A stretch of DNA of 32,000 nucleotides from Patescibacteria group bacterium (GCA_041662745.1 JBAZRV010000006.1:11215-43214), one strand, 5' to 3'. Numbered from the stretch's first letter, positions 7,224 to 17,414 are shown. A program made the numbers and translations. Notes: generated by a model from the letters alone, not told the origin.

Positions 7224-9788
7224 ATGGCTGGAAAAATCATCACCGATAAAAACTTAAACAGGCTGGATTCCTTGACGGCAGAAAAAATCGCCGCCGAATT
7301 GGGCTGCTCCCTTTCCGGTTTGACGCGGATAGAAGCGTCAAAACGCCGTTTAACTTACGGTTTAAACACCATTACCAGCGAGGGCAAGGGCAAGTTAATC
7401 TGGGAATTAAGCAAAAAAATACTAAGCCCGCTGGTAATCACGCTTTTAATCGTGGCCGCTTTTTCTTATTTTCTGGGCGAAAAAATTTCTGCCATTATCA
7501 TTATAACAATGGCGCTTATCGGCGTAGTCCTGTCATTTATTCAGGAGTATAGAGCGAAAAAAAACGCCGCCAAACTCAAGGCCATGGTCCGATTGCATGT
7601 TGAAGTTGTTCGTAACAGCAAAACAGCTAAAATCCCGCTGAAAGACTTGGTGCCGGGAGACATAGTTAATCTTTCCGCCGGCAATATGATACCGGCAGAC
7701 ATTAAAATCATCTCAGCCAATAACCTTTTCCTTAATCAATCAACCTTAAACGGCGAATCATTCCCTATGGAGAAATGGGCTGTCCCGCCCAGTCCGGTTA
7801 AAACCAACACCCCGATTTATGACCTGCCGACCATTACCTTAATGGGCGCCAGCGTGGCATCGGGTACGGGTAGCGGCTTAGTAATGGCTACGGGCGCCAA
7901 CACTGAATTCGGCAAGTTGGCCATTGATGTGGCCGCCAGCGAACCGGAAACCGCTTTTGACAGGGGCATCAGGGACTTCACCTGGATGATGATCAAGCTG
8001 ATCTTCATCTTGATGACTTTCGTTTTTGTCATTAATACCTTATTCAAAGGCAACTTCGTTGATTCTCTGTTATTCTCCTTGGCCGTTGCCGTCGGTTTGA
8101 CTCCGGAAATGCTGCCGATGATAGTTACTGTCAATCTTTCGCGAGGCGCCAGGGCTATGGCCCAAAAAATGGTCATCATCAAGCGTTTAGACTCCATTCA
8201 GAATTTCGGCGCCATGGATGTCTTATGCACCGACAAAACCGGCACCTTGACTATGGATGAAATTATCCTGATTAAGCACTCGGACATTGAGGGCAAAGAA
8301 AAAGAAGAGATTCTGCGCGATGCCTGGATTAACAGCACTTTCCAATCAGGTATGAACAATCTGTTGGATCGAGCGATCATCAAGCACCACAAATTTAAAA
8401 AATCAGGCTTGAAAAAAATTGACGAAGTGCCCTTTGATTTTGATCGGCGCATTGTCTCGGTAATCATTCAAGACGAAAAAACCGACAGATTAATCGCCAA
8501 GGGCGCGCCCGAAGAAATCATTAAACGCTGTAACAGCTACGATTTGAACGGGCGCAGATACGCCCTGGATAAAGGAAGAATAAAACAGCTGGGACGGCAA
8601 TATGACAAACTAAGCCGGGACGGCTTTCGTGTTCTGGCCATTGGCTACAAGGAAGTTGACCGCCAACAGAAAAAATTCAGCCAACAAGATGAAACTAAGC
8701 TTGTCTTCCACGGCTTTACTTCCTTCCTGGATCCGCCCAAAGCCAGCACCAAGGAAGCGATCAATAAAATAGAGGGGCTTGGCGTCAAACTAAAAATTCT
8801 CTCCGGCGACAACGAGCATGTAACCCAAAGAATCTGCGAAGAAGTGGGGCTGGACGGCACCGGCGTTATTACCGGCGGCAAAATTGAACGTTTAAACGAT
8901 GATGATCTGCGTAAAATAGTAGAAGAAAAAAACATCTTCGCCCGCCTCTTACCGCTTCAAAAAGAACGGGTCATCAAAGCTCTTCAGGATAACGGCCACG
9001 TCGTGGGTTTTTTGGGCGACGGCATCAACGACGCTCCGGCCTTAAAGGCCGCAGATGTGGGAATCTCCGTCAATAACGCCGCGGATATCGCCAAAGAAAC
9101 GGCGGATATGATCCTGTTGCGTAAAAGCTTATTAGTCTTAGCCGACGGCGTCAAAGAGGGAAGAAGGACTTTCGCCAACACCTTGAAATACATCAAGATG
9201 GGCGCCTCCTCCAATTTCGGCAATATGCTCTCCATCACCGGTGCTTCAATCATTTTGCCCTTTCTGCCGATGTTGCCGCCGCAAATCCTGCTGAACAACT
9301 TCATGTATGATCTCTCGCAAATCTTTTTGCCGACCGACAATGTGGACGAAGACTATCTGCTCAAGCCTCGTCCTTGGCATATCGCTTTCATTAAAAAATT
9401 CATTCTGATTATCGGGCCGGTTTCTTCTTTGTTTGATTTTATGACTTACGGCCTGATGTGGTTTATATTCAACGGCGCGGCCAACCCCGCCCTTTTCCGC
9501 ACCGGCTGGTTCGTAGAATCGCTTTTTACCCAAACCCTGATTATTTACGTCATCCGCACCAACAAAATCCCCTTCCTGCAAAGCCGTCCCAGCCGCGCCA
9601 TAGTTTTTGCCACCTTAAGCATTGTCGGTTTAGGCTGTATCCTGCCCTTCACTTCAATCGGCAGATTGTTCCAATTCCAACCGTTGCCGAGCCTGTACTT
9701 CGTCTTATTATTCGGCCTGGGCCTTTTATACTTATCCTTAACCCAATTAGTTAAAATGCTATTTATTAAAAAATACGGCTATGAATAA
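7224..9788 (+). CDS. mgtA: Magnesium-translocating P-type ATPase
   Basis: Phosphorylation motif 'CTDKTGTLT', 'LNGESFP' (the TGES-equivalent), hinge 'GDGINDAPALKAADVGISV', an N-terminal 'RRLTYGLN' cation-ATPase N motif, and 10-TM style architecture. Confidence 0.9.
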   Translation: MAGKIITDKNLNRLDSLTAEKIAAELGCSLSGLTRIEASKRRLTYGLNTITSEGKGKLIWELSKKILSPLVITLLIVAAFSYFLGEKISAIIIITMALIGVVLSFIQEYRAKKNAAKLKAMVRLHVEVVRNSKTAKIPLKDLVPGDIVNLSAGNMIPADIKIISANNLFLNQSTLNGESFPMEKWAVPPSPVKTNTPIYDLPTITLMGASVASGTGSGLVMATGANTEFGKLAIDVAASEPETAFDRGIRDFTWMMIKLIFILMTFVFVINTLFKGNFVDSLLFSLAVAVGLTPEMLPMIVTVNLSRGARAMAQKMVIIKRLDSIQNFGAMDVLCTDKTGTLTMDEIILIKHSDIEGKEKEEILRDAWINSTFQSGMNNLLDRAIIKHHKFKKSGLKKIDEVPFDFDRRIVSVIIQDEKTDRLIAKGAPEEIIKRCNSYDLNGRRYALDKGRIKQLGRQYDKLSRDGFRVLAIGYKEVDRQQKKFSQQDETKLVFHGFTSFLDPPKASTKEAINKIEGLGVKLKILSGDNEHVTQRICEEVGLDGTGVITGGKIERLNDDDLRKIVEEKNIFARLLPLQKERVIKALQDNGHVVGFLGDGINDAPALKAADVGISVNNAADIAKETADMILLRKSLLVLADGVKEGRRTFANTLKYIKMGASSNFGNMLSITGASIILPFLPMLPPQILLNNFMYDLSQIFLPTDNVDEDYLLKPRPWHIAFIKKFILIIGPVSSLFDFMTYGLMWFIFNGAANPALFRTGWFVESLFTQTLIIYVIRTNKIPFLQSRPSRAIVFATLSIVGLGCILPFTSIGRLFQFQPLPSLYFVLLFGLGLLYLSLTQLVKMLFIKKYGYE

Positions 9789-9863
9789 ACCGTAAAAACC
9801 AAGCTGCCAAGGTGCGAGCTGATTTGCTCGTACCATTAGAATAAATATAGAACACAAATAAAA

Positions 9864-9901
9864 TCCGTCTGACGAACTGCGCGTCGGACGGACTTTTTTT
9901 A
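9864..9901. terminator. Bidirectional terminator between mgtA and smc
   Basis: TCCGTCTGACG / CGTCGGACGGA hairpin flanked by an A-run upstream and a T8 run downstream. Confidence 0.7.
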
Positions 9902-9915
9902 TTATATTTGTTGTA

Positions 9916-12900
9916 TTATTTGCCCAAGTGTTCCGCCTCGGATAATTTTAGCGACAATAATCGGCTGACACCGTCGCCCTGCATAGTCACGCCGTAAAGC
10001 ACATCGGATTCGGACATGATGGCGCGATTATGGGTAATGATAACAAACTGCGTCTTATGCGCCAGCTCCTTAACGATACCGGAAAACTTAGCTGAATTGC
10101 TTTCATCCAACGCCGCGTCTACCTCGTCAAAAAGGATAAACGGCGACGGATTATTATTGATAATGGCGCAAATTAAAGCCAAAGCCGTCATGGTCTTCTC
10201 ACCGCCCGAAAGCATGTTAATCGCCCTGATTTTCTTACCGGGCGGACAGGCCTCAATTTCAATACCCATATTAGACAAAAACGATTTGTCTTCCGGATAA
10301 ACCGGTTTTCTAACTTCCGGGGCGGCTTCTTCCAACGCTTCAGGCCCGCTCTCTTCCGTCAAAGATCCTGCCAGCGCCGGCTCTTGCGCCAACTGTTCTC
10401 TGATTTTTTCCGCTTCGGTCTTTTCTTCTTCTTTCTGCACTAAAGCCAGCTTAGCGCTGCCACCCTCAAATAGCTGTTTAAAATAACGGGAGAAATCTTT
10501 ATTGATCCTTTCAAACTCTTCTTCAAATTGGATTTTTATCAACTTGTCCAGTTCTTCCACCACTTTCACCAAATCCGTAATAGCCTGATCCAAATCCAGC
10601 GATTGCTCGGATAAAAATTCAAAGCGGGTTTTTACTTCCTCATACTCTTTTTCTATCTCCGGATCAATGCCGCCAATAAGCTCTAATTGGCGCTTCAGGC
10701 GGTCAATTTTATCCCTGTCTTCGGTTAAATCAACTTCCGAATAATCCTCCTTGCTCTTGAATTGCCAATCCGCTCCCAAACTTTCCCGGATAGCCGACAA
10801 TGCATCTTCTCGCCGCGTCTCTATTTTGGCCAACTCCACTTTTACCAGAGACAGCCTCTCATTAATGCCATTTAAATCGGTTTGCAAGGCGTATGATTCC
10901 TGCTGTAAAGAAAAAACTTCCTGTTTTTTGCGTTCTTCATGCAAATTAAAGCCGTCAATTTTTTCACGCAGTCCGGAAATTATTTCCTCCACCTCCTTTA
11001 ACTCTTTTTCTTTGGTTTCTCTGCCAAGCAAGATTTCAGATTGAAAATGTTCACGTTCCTGAGGAGTTAACTGCGCTTCTTCAATATCTCCCTTAATCTT
11101 AACCAATTCCTTTTCCTGGTCATCAATTTCCGCAGTCAGCGATCGGACCTTATCCGAGTCCACCCGGACTTGAACCTTTAAATCGCCGATTTGCAAAAAC
11201 AAATTTTCCCGTTCCCGGCGCTGATCTTCCACCTTGGCTTTCAAACTGGCAATCTCTTTGATTTTGGTTTCGGAAGAATATTTCTCATCCGGCGCGCGCC
11301 ACTGCAAACTATCGGTTTTCTTAAAACCGCCGCGCATCATGCCGGACTTTTCCAATACATCGCCGTCTAAAGTCACCATGCGTTCGCGATTAACGCCGAC
11401 CGCCTTGGCGCTTGCCAAATCATTAACCACAACAGTGCTGCCGAACACCTGCTCAAAGACTCGCTGATATTTACGCTCATAAGACAGCAAGTCGCTCGCC
11501 AGGCCGAGTACTCCGTTTTCAGTCAGAACATCGGTCGTATCTTGGGAGAGATAAAACTCCTTCAGGCGATTTAAGGGAAAGAAAGTTACCGGCGGCAGAC
11601 GGTTGCTTTTTAGCCAATTAATGCACTCAATGGCGTCAGATTCGCTCTCCACCACTACTGCCGACAGCCGATTGCCGGCCGCCGCCACCAAAGCGGCCTC
11701 GTGTTTGCTGTTCTTGACCCTGCCCAATTCACTGACCGTACCGCAAATGCCGCTAATCCTGTCTTTTAATCCTAAAACCGCCCGAACCGCCTCTTGATTA
11801 TGGTTGAGGCGTCCGCCGGAACGGACGCGGTAAAATTCATCCTGTATGATATCCAGATTATTTTGCCAGACCAGCAACTCATCGGACAGCACCTTAACCT
11901 GATTTTCCTTTTCACTTAATTTGCCGCTGCTGCCTTCCTGCCGCAATTTGGCGCTCCTGATTTCGGATTGCAAATTTTTTACCCGGCTCTCCAACTCGGT
12001 ACGGCGATTCTCCAGCCATGACAGATTCTGTTTGCCGGCTTTGGCATATTCCACTTCCAGCTTGCCGCGCAAGACCGCCAATTCGCGCATGGTTTCATTC
12101 TGCTTGGTCAAAGCTGAATTATACTCCTCCTGCAACTTGTCATATTCTTCGGCGCGGCTGCCTTGCTTGGACAATTCTTCCAATTTATTGCGCAACTCGT
12201 CTAATTTGCTATCCAAACGCAGACGCTGTTTATCTAAAGTGTTATATTGCAGGGCCAGCTCATCGTAATGTTTCATCAAATCCTGCCACAACCGGCCGTA
12301 ATACCTGCTTTGCAAAGTCTTCAACTCTGATTCCAATTCTTGGCGTTGACGCAACTTATTGACTTGGCGAGTCAATGATTTCAAATGCGGTTCCAATTCC
12401 ACTATTAACACCTTGGCTTGTTCCAAATTGTCCCGGGATCGCCTGAGCTTGGACACGGAACGCTCGCGCTTGATTTGATACTGTTTCACGCCGGTGGCTT
12501 CGTCAAAAAAATCCTTGCGTTCCTCATTGCTGTAATTGACAATCTTATCCACCATGCCTTGGCCGATAATGGAATAGGTGTTATGGCCGAAGTTGGCTTT
12601 GGCTAGCAGCATGACGATATCAAATAAGCGCACCTCCGCCTTATTGAGCAGATATTCGGAAGTGCCGTCGCGGTATAATTTTCTGGTAATGGCCACTTCG
12701 GCATAGTCAATCGGCGCCGAGCCGTCCTCGTTATTCAAAAACAAAGACACCTCAGCCAAAGACAACTGCGCCTTCTTGGCTGAGCCGGAGAAAATCACAT
12801 CAGTGGCTTTCTTACCGCGCAAAAGCTTGAGCGACTGCTCGCCCAACACCCAGCGCACCGCATCCACCACATTGGACTTGCCCGAACCATTGGGGCCGAC

Positions 12901-13011
12901 AATGGCCGTAATGCCGCAGGTATTGTCCCGCTTGTCCGGGCTGGGGAATTCCAAAATAGTCTTATTGGCGAATGACTTAAAACCATGCAGTTCAATGCGC
13001 TGTAAATACAT
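9916..13011 (-). CDS. smc: Chromosome segregation protein SMC
   Basis: N-terminal Walker A 'GPNGSGKSNVVDA', long coiled-coil regions and a hinge, and C-terminal 'LSGGEKTMTALAL..LFDEVDAALD'. Confidence 0.95.
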   Translation of the reverse strand: MYLQRIELHGFKSFANKTILEFPSPDKRDNTCGITAIVGPNGSGKSNVVDAVRWVLGEQSLKLLRGKKATDVIFSGSAKKAQLSLAEVSLFLNNEDGSAPIDYAEVAITRKLYRDGTSEYLLNKAEVRLFDIVMLLAKANFGHNTYSIIGQGMVDKIVNYSNEERKDFFDEATGVKQYQIKRERSVSKLRRSRDNLEQAKVLIVELEPHLKSLTRQVNKLRQRQELESELKTLQSRYYGRLWQDLMKHYDELALQYNTLDKQRLRLDSKLDELRNKLEELSKQGSRAEEYDKLQEEYNSALTKQNETMRELAVLRGKLEVEYAKAGKQNLSWLENRRTELESRVKNLQSEIRSAKLRQEGSSGKLSEKENQVKVLSDELLVWQNNLDIIQDEFYRVRSGGRLNHNQEAVRAVLGLKDRISGICGTVSELGRVKNSKHEAALVAAAGNRLSAVVVESESDAIECINWLKSNRLPPVTFFPLNRLKEFYLSQDTTDVLTENGVLGLASDLLSYERKYQRVFEQVFGSTVVVNDLASAKAVGVNRERMVTLDGDVLEKSGMMRGGFKKTDSLQWRAPDEKYSSETKIKEIASLKAKVEDQRRERENLFLQIGDLKVQVRVDSDKVRSLTAEIDDQEKELVKIKGDIEEAQLTPQEREHFQSEILLGRETKEKELKEVEEIISGLREKIDGFNLHEERKKQEVFSLQQESYALQTDLNGINERLSLVKVELAKIETRREDALSAIRESLGADWQFKSKEDYSEVDLTEDRDKIDRLKRQLELIGGIDPEIEKEYEEVKTRFEFLSEQSLDLDQAITDLVKVVEELDKLIKIQFEEEFERINKDFSRYFKQLFEGGSAKLALVQKEEEKTEAEKIREQLAQEPALAGSLTEESGPEALEEAAPEVRKPVYPEDKSFLSNMGIEIEACPPGKKIRAINMLSGGEKTMTALALICAIINNNPSPFILFDEVDAALDESNSAKFSGIVKELAHKTQFVIITHNRAIMSESDVLYGVTMQGDGVSRLLSLKLSEAEHLGK

Positions 13012-13107
13012 AAGTAATAATAATCAATAATCAAGATACGATGACCAAAAACATTGATGGTCAATATACGCAATTACATATATTTTATCAAAAAATCAGG
13101 AAATCGG

Positions 13108-13139
13108 CAAAATTAAAACCCGATTCCTGGGGAATCGGG
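13108..13139 (-). terminator. Rho-independent terminator downstream of the phosphoesterase gene
   Basis: On the minus strand, CCCGATTCC-CCA-GGAATCGGG is followed by TTTTAATTTT. Confidence 0.7.
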
Positions 13140-13149
13140 CAAGGTGCGC

Positions 13150-14307
13150 TTAAAACGCCAGCGGCGGCAGAGGATCAACCGGCACATGACCGAAAGTGAT
13201 CTCATGCCGTGGCAGACAGACGGTAGCGAAATTCCGATCATGATTGACATCGCCCGGATTAATAATCCGAATCTGCTGGCCTTCATAATACAATGCTTCG
13301 TTGGTAAAGCCGCAAAGCACGTAATTAGTCATGGGAAATTTCTGACGGATTTTCATCGCCAAAACATCCATGCCCATTTCGCTTAAATCCATGAACTCCA
13401 GAGCCAAATCCAATTTGACATAAAAACGCTGGCCTTTAATGCTCACGATGGGCGTTTCCGGGTCAATCCGGTGCCAATTGGCGGGAATATCGCCCCAAGT
13501 ATCGGCTATATTCAGATCCTCAATCTGTTCCGGTAGTAAGTTATAATAAACATCAAAACCGGCTAACTCGGGACGCCCGATATCGCTTAAGTCAATATTG
13601 CCGATATGAATCACGTAATTGACTCCGCGCGCGGCGAATTCCTGACGCAAACGATCCCAAAAACCGACATCCAACTTGGAAACATTCAAACTGTCGGAAA
13701 TGATGCCGACGGTAAACGGCTCTTCCTGTGGCGGGCAAGGCATTACCCGGCCAAACACCACCTGATTATCCTCGGTATAAACGACGGCGAATTCATAACC
13801 CCAATTGACTGATTCTTCAGCCGCGCCCGGGTTAACCATGGAAACCAAGTGGCCTTGCCGATAGGTTTGGGCATGGGTATGTCCGCCGAAAATCCAACGC
13901 AAGCCGTCATTCTCTAACCGAAGGCGTTGCAGGCGTTCGTCAAACTTAGCCTCGTTCATATTAAGATAAAAATCAAATGGCAACTTATGGCCGAGATAGT
14001 ACAATTCCCCGTTGCGTTTGATGATGCGATGGCCGGGCATGGTGTAGCGCCAATGGCCGACGGGAGGAAAAAACTTTCCTCGAGGGCTCAAGCAACTGCC
14101 CTTGTCATCCCGTTCGCACTGATTCTCAACTAAGGCATAGTAAACGGGAAAATCGCCATAAAGCCGAGAATTAAAATGCTCGGGCTCGGTCAAGTCGCCG
14201 GCGTGAAAAACCACTTCCACGCCGCGACGCTTGAACTCAGAAATAATATGGGGCGTAGCGCCGTTTTTATCCTTATGCGTATCAGCAATGACACCGATAA
14301 CTGGCAT
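13150..14307 (-). CDS. Tandem-domain metallophosphoesterase (YfcE-like active N-half, degenerate C-half)
   Basis: The N-half carries 'IADTH', 'HAGD' and 'GGHTH'. The C-half repeats the fold pattern but reads 'ISDSLN', 'HIGNI' and 'CGFTNE'. Confidence 0.8.
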   Translation of the reverse strand: MPVIGVIADTHKDKNGATPHIISEFKRRGVEVVFHAGDLTEPEHFNSRLYGDFPVYYALVENQCERDDKGSCLSPRGKFFPPVGHWRYTMPGHRIIKRNGELYYLGHKLPFDFYLNMNEAKFDERLQRLRLENDGLRWIFGGHTHAQTYRQGHLVSMVNPGAAEESVNWGYEFAVVYTEDNQVVFGRVMPCPPQEEPFTVGIISDSLNVSKLDVGFWDRLRQEFAARGVNYVIHIGNIDLSDIGRPELAGFDVYYNLLPEQIEDLNIADTWGDIPANWHRIDPETPIVSIKGQRFYVKLDLALEFMDLSEMGMDVLAMKIRQKFPMTNYVLCGFTNEALYYEGQQIRIINPGDVNHDRNFATVCLPRHEITFGHVPVDPLPPLAF

Positions 14308-14446
14308 GGCAAAAACTCCTTTTGGTTTTTAAAGTACTGCATTTCACCCATCAATCTTCTTCAAAACATACCACCGGAAATGTTTTTAGTCAAGAAAAAC
14401 CAATAATAACGTTTTTATCTAAAGGTTAAGCAGCGAGGTTTTTTAA

Positions 14447-14475
14447 TTGAATTAAAGCCGAAAAAATACTATAAT
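14447..14475 (+). promoter_or_regulatory. Sigma70-type promoter for polA
   Basis: TTGAAT at 14447-14452, a 17-nt spacer, and TATAAT at 14470-14475. Confidence 0.55.
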
Positions 14476-14499
14476 TAACTCAACTTTCAACCATGATTT

Positions 14500-17334
14500 A
14501 TGACAGCTAAAAAACAAAAACTCCTGATTATTGATTCTAATGCTCTGGTGCATCGCGCTTTCCACGCCCTGCCGCCGACCCTAACCGACGAGAAGGGCCG
14601 GCCGACCAACGCGGTTTACGGCTTCACCTCCATTTTCCTTAAGGCGATAAAAGACATTAAGCCCGACTACATCGCGGCCACTTTTGACCGCAAAGAGAAA
14701 ACCTTCCGCCACGAGCAGTATGAGGCGTACAAGGCCACGCGCGTCAAAGCGCCGGATGAGCTGTATGAACAAATCCCTCTGGTCAAACAAGTGTTAGAAG
14801 CATTTAGCATACCGATTTTTGAACTGGCCGGCTATGAAGCCGATGATTTGATCGGCACTATTGCCAATCTGAAAACCATTGACCGGCCCGATATTGAAAC
14901 TATTATTCTAACCGGCGATCAGGATTGTTTGCAATTGGTAGACTACAACACTAAGGTTTTTTCGCCTCATAAGGGGCTGTCAGAAACAATCCTCTACGGC
15001 GAAGCCGAAGTCAAGGAAAAATTCGGCGGCTTGATGCCCGGTCAACTGATTGATTACAAAGGACTGCGCGGCGACACTTCTGACAACATCCCCGGCGTCC
15101 GGGGTATCGGCGAGAAAGGCGCGATTGATTTGTTGAATAATTTCAAGACCATTGAAGGAATCTACGAGCACATTGATTCTGATTTGATCAAAGACCGCAC
15201 GCGGGAACTGCTTAAGGAACAAAAGAAGCAAGCGCTGATGTCGCGGGAACTGGCGACAATTAAAAAGGATGCGCCCATAAAATTCAAATTGGCCGATTGC
15301 CGTTTCACCGGCTTTGATCAAAACAAAGTCGTTGATTTATTTCAAGAGTTGGGATTTAAACGGCTGATGAACCAAGTGGCCACGCTGGCTAAAAGCGGCC
15401 TGATCGCGCCGACCGGCCAAGGCAGTTTGTTCTCTGCCGCGGTTAGCGATCAAGAAGAAAAAGAATCAACCGCCTTCTCTGTCATTCCCGCGAAGGCGGG
15501 AATCCAGGTTAATAATCATCCTGCCAATAGCCGCTTGGGCAAACAGGACTACCGGCTGGTAACAGCCGGCGACTTGAAAAAATTTTTAGCCGAACTGAAA
15601 AAACAAGAAGAATTTTGCTTTGATACGGAAACAACCGGGCTTAACCCCTTTGCTGACAATTTAATCGGCATCGCTTTCTGCTGGCAAGCCGGCGCAGCCC
15701 GGTATCTGCCGGTTGATTTAGCCGATCAGATTAAGCCGGAACTGTCGAAAATTTTCGACAGTAAAAAAATCAAAAAAATCGGACACAATCTTAAATTCGA
15801 CGCCGAAGTGTTGGAAAAATATTTCGGCCAAGCGATCAACGGGCTGTCTTTTGATACCATGATTGCTTCCTACATCTTGAACCCCGGCCATCGCCAGCAC
15901 AACCTGGACACTTTGGCGTTTATTGAATTCGGTTACCAGATGCAGCCGATCAGCGATTTGATCGGCAACGGCAAAAACCAAATTTCCCTGGCCGAAGCGC
16001 CGCTGGAAAAAGTCAGCTGGTATTCCAGCGAGGACGCTGACTTGACCTTCCGCCTGTATCAGAAGCTTCGGCCGGAGCTGGATAAATCCGCCCTGCTGCC
16101 ACTATTTGAAAAATTGGAAATGCCCTTGGTTGAAGTATTGGTGGCCATGGAGACTAACGGCATCAGAATAAACAGCAAAGCCTTAAAAAACTTAAGCGCC
16201 GTTTTTGCCAAGAGAATCAAAGAGCTGGAAAAAAAAGCCTGGAAAATGGCGGGCGAAGAATTCAATCTGGCCAGCCCCAAGCAGTTAAAGGAAATCTTGT
16301 TTGACAAAATGGGCATCTCCACTGCCGGCATCGGCAAAACCAAAACCGGCTTGTCTACCGCCGCCGGCGAACTGGAAAAGCTTCAGGGTCAACATAAGAT
16401 AATTGACTTAATCATAGAATTCCGCGAACTATCTAAGCTGAAGAACACCTATCTGGACGCCCTGCCGGCTTTGGCTGATTCCTCCGGCCGTGTCCATACC
16501 AGTTACAACCAAACCGTCACCGCCACCGGGCGCCTATCGTCTTCCGAGCCCAACCTGCAGAATATTCCCATTCGCACCGAAACGGGCGGACCCATTCGCA
16601 AGGCGTTTATCGCCGACAAGGGTTTTCAAATTCTTAAAGCCGATTACTCGCAGATTGAATTGCGCATCATCGCATCGCTCGCCAACGACAAGCAAATGCT
16701 GAAGATTTTCCAGTCTGGCGGTGATATTCATACTATGACCGCGGCCATTATTCACAGCATTAAGCCGGAAGAAGTGACTAAGGCTCTGCGCCGCACGGCC
16801 AAAGAAATCAATTTCGGCGTAATCTACGGCATGGGCGCCTGGGGGCTGTCCTCTCGTACCGGTCTATCCAACACGGAAGCGCAGAAATTCATCTACAAAT
16901 ACTTTGAAACCTTTTCCGGCGTCAAGAAATGGCTGGAGGAAACCGTGGAGATCGCCAAAGACAAGGGTTATGTGGAGACCTTTTACGGCCGCAAGCGCTA
17001 CTTGCCGGAAATCAATTCCAGCATTTCCCAGGTTCGTAACAGCGCCGAACGCATGGCCGTCAATATGCCGATTCAAGGAACGGCTGCCGATTTGATCAAG
17101 CTGGCTATGATAGAAATCCACGCCGGCCTGCCCAAAGTATCGGAACGCTCCCGCCTGTTGTTGCAAGTCCACGACGAATTAGTTCTGGAAGTGCCGGAAC
17201 ATGAGGTCCGCAAAGTCGGCAAATACGTCCATGACACCATGTGCTCGGTCATGAAACTGCGCGCGCCCATTGACGCCGACGTTTCCGCCGGCGATAATTG
17301 GGGAGAGACCTCCCCGCTGTCATTCCGGCCGTAG
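14500..17334 (+). CDS. polA: DNA polymerase I (5' nuclease + 3'-5' exonuclease + polymerase)
   Basis: Exo motifs 'FDTETTG', 'HNLKFD' and 'YSSEDAD'. Pol motifs 'DYSQIELRI', 'RRTAKEINFGVIYG' and 'QVHDELV'. Confidence 0.95.
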   Translation: MTAKKQKLLIIDSNALVHRAFHALPPTLTDEKGRPTNAVYGFTSIFLKAIKDIKPDYIAATFDRKEKTFRHEQYEAYKATRVKAPDELYEQIPLVKQVLEAFSIPIFELAGYEADDLIGTIANLKTIDRPDIETIILTGDQDCLQLVDYNTKVFSPHKGLSETILYGEAEVKEKFGGLMPGQLIDYKGLRGDTSDNIPGVRGIGEKGAIDLLNNFKTIEGIYEHIDSDLIKDRTRELLKEQKKQALMSRELATIKKDAPIKFKLADCRFTGFDQNKVVDLFQELGFKRLMNQVATLAKSGLIAPTGQGSLFSAAVSDQEEKESTAFSVIPAKAGIQVNNHPANSRLGKQDYRLVTAGDLKKFLAELKKQEEFCFDTETTGLNPFADNLIGIAFCWQAGAARYLPVDLADQIKPELSKIFDSKKIKKIGHNLKFDAEVLEKYFGQAINGLSFDTMIASYILNPGHRQHNLDTLAFIEFGYQMQPISDLIGNGKNQISLAEAPLEKVSWYSSEDADLTFRLYQKLRPELDKSALLPLFEKLEMPLVEVLVAMETNGIRINSKALKNLSAVFAKRIKELEKKAWKMAGEEFNLASPKQLKEILFDKMGISTAGIGKTKTGLSTAAGELEKLQGQHKIIDLIIEFRELSKLKNTYLDALPALADSSGRVHTSYNQTVTATGRLSSSEPNLQNIPIRTETGGPIRKAFIADKGFQILKADYSQIELRIIASLANDKQMLKIFQSGGDIHTMTAAIIHSIKPEEVTKALRRTAKEINFGVIYGMGAWGLSSRTGLSNTEAQKFIYKYFETFSGVKKWLEETVEIAKDKGYVETFYGRKRYLPEINSSISQVRNSAERMAVNMPIQGTAADLIKLAMIEIHAGLPKVSERSRLLLQVHDELVLEVPEHEVRKVGKYVHDTMCSVMKLRAPIDADVSAGDNWGETSPLSFRP
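15481..15510 (+). repeat. Palindromic hairpin repeat element inserted in frame in polA
   Basis: GTCATTCCCGCGAAGGCGGGAATCCAGGTT is 30 bp and is translated as VIPAKAGIQV within the inter-domain linker. Confidence 0.85.
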
Positions 17335-17410
17335 TATTAACGAAGAGCCGGAATTCAGGTAATAACTTGAGATCCCCTGCCGGCAGGCAGGTTCACTTTG
17401 TTCAGTGATG
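17319..17410 (+). repeat. Composite palindromic elements overlapping the polA 3' end
   Basis: Module 1 is GTCATTCCGGC..GCCGGAATTCAGGT (17319-17361) and contains the polA stop codon. Module 2 is CCCCTGCCGGCAGGCAGG..GTGATGAC, related to the 2073-2123 variant. Confidence 0.75.
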
Positions 17411-17414
17411 ACAT

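Noticed and set aside
9916-13011. Numerous 60-155-aa ORFs antisense to or out of frame within smc, pnp, mgtA, polA, holA, rlmN and tyrS
   Set aside because: All are fully nested in long ORFs with unambiguous conserved motifs. They have no independent start signals and are typical shadow ORFs.
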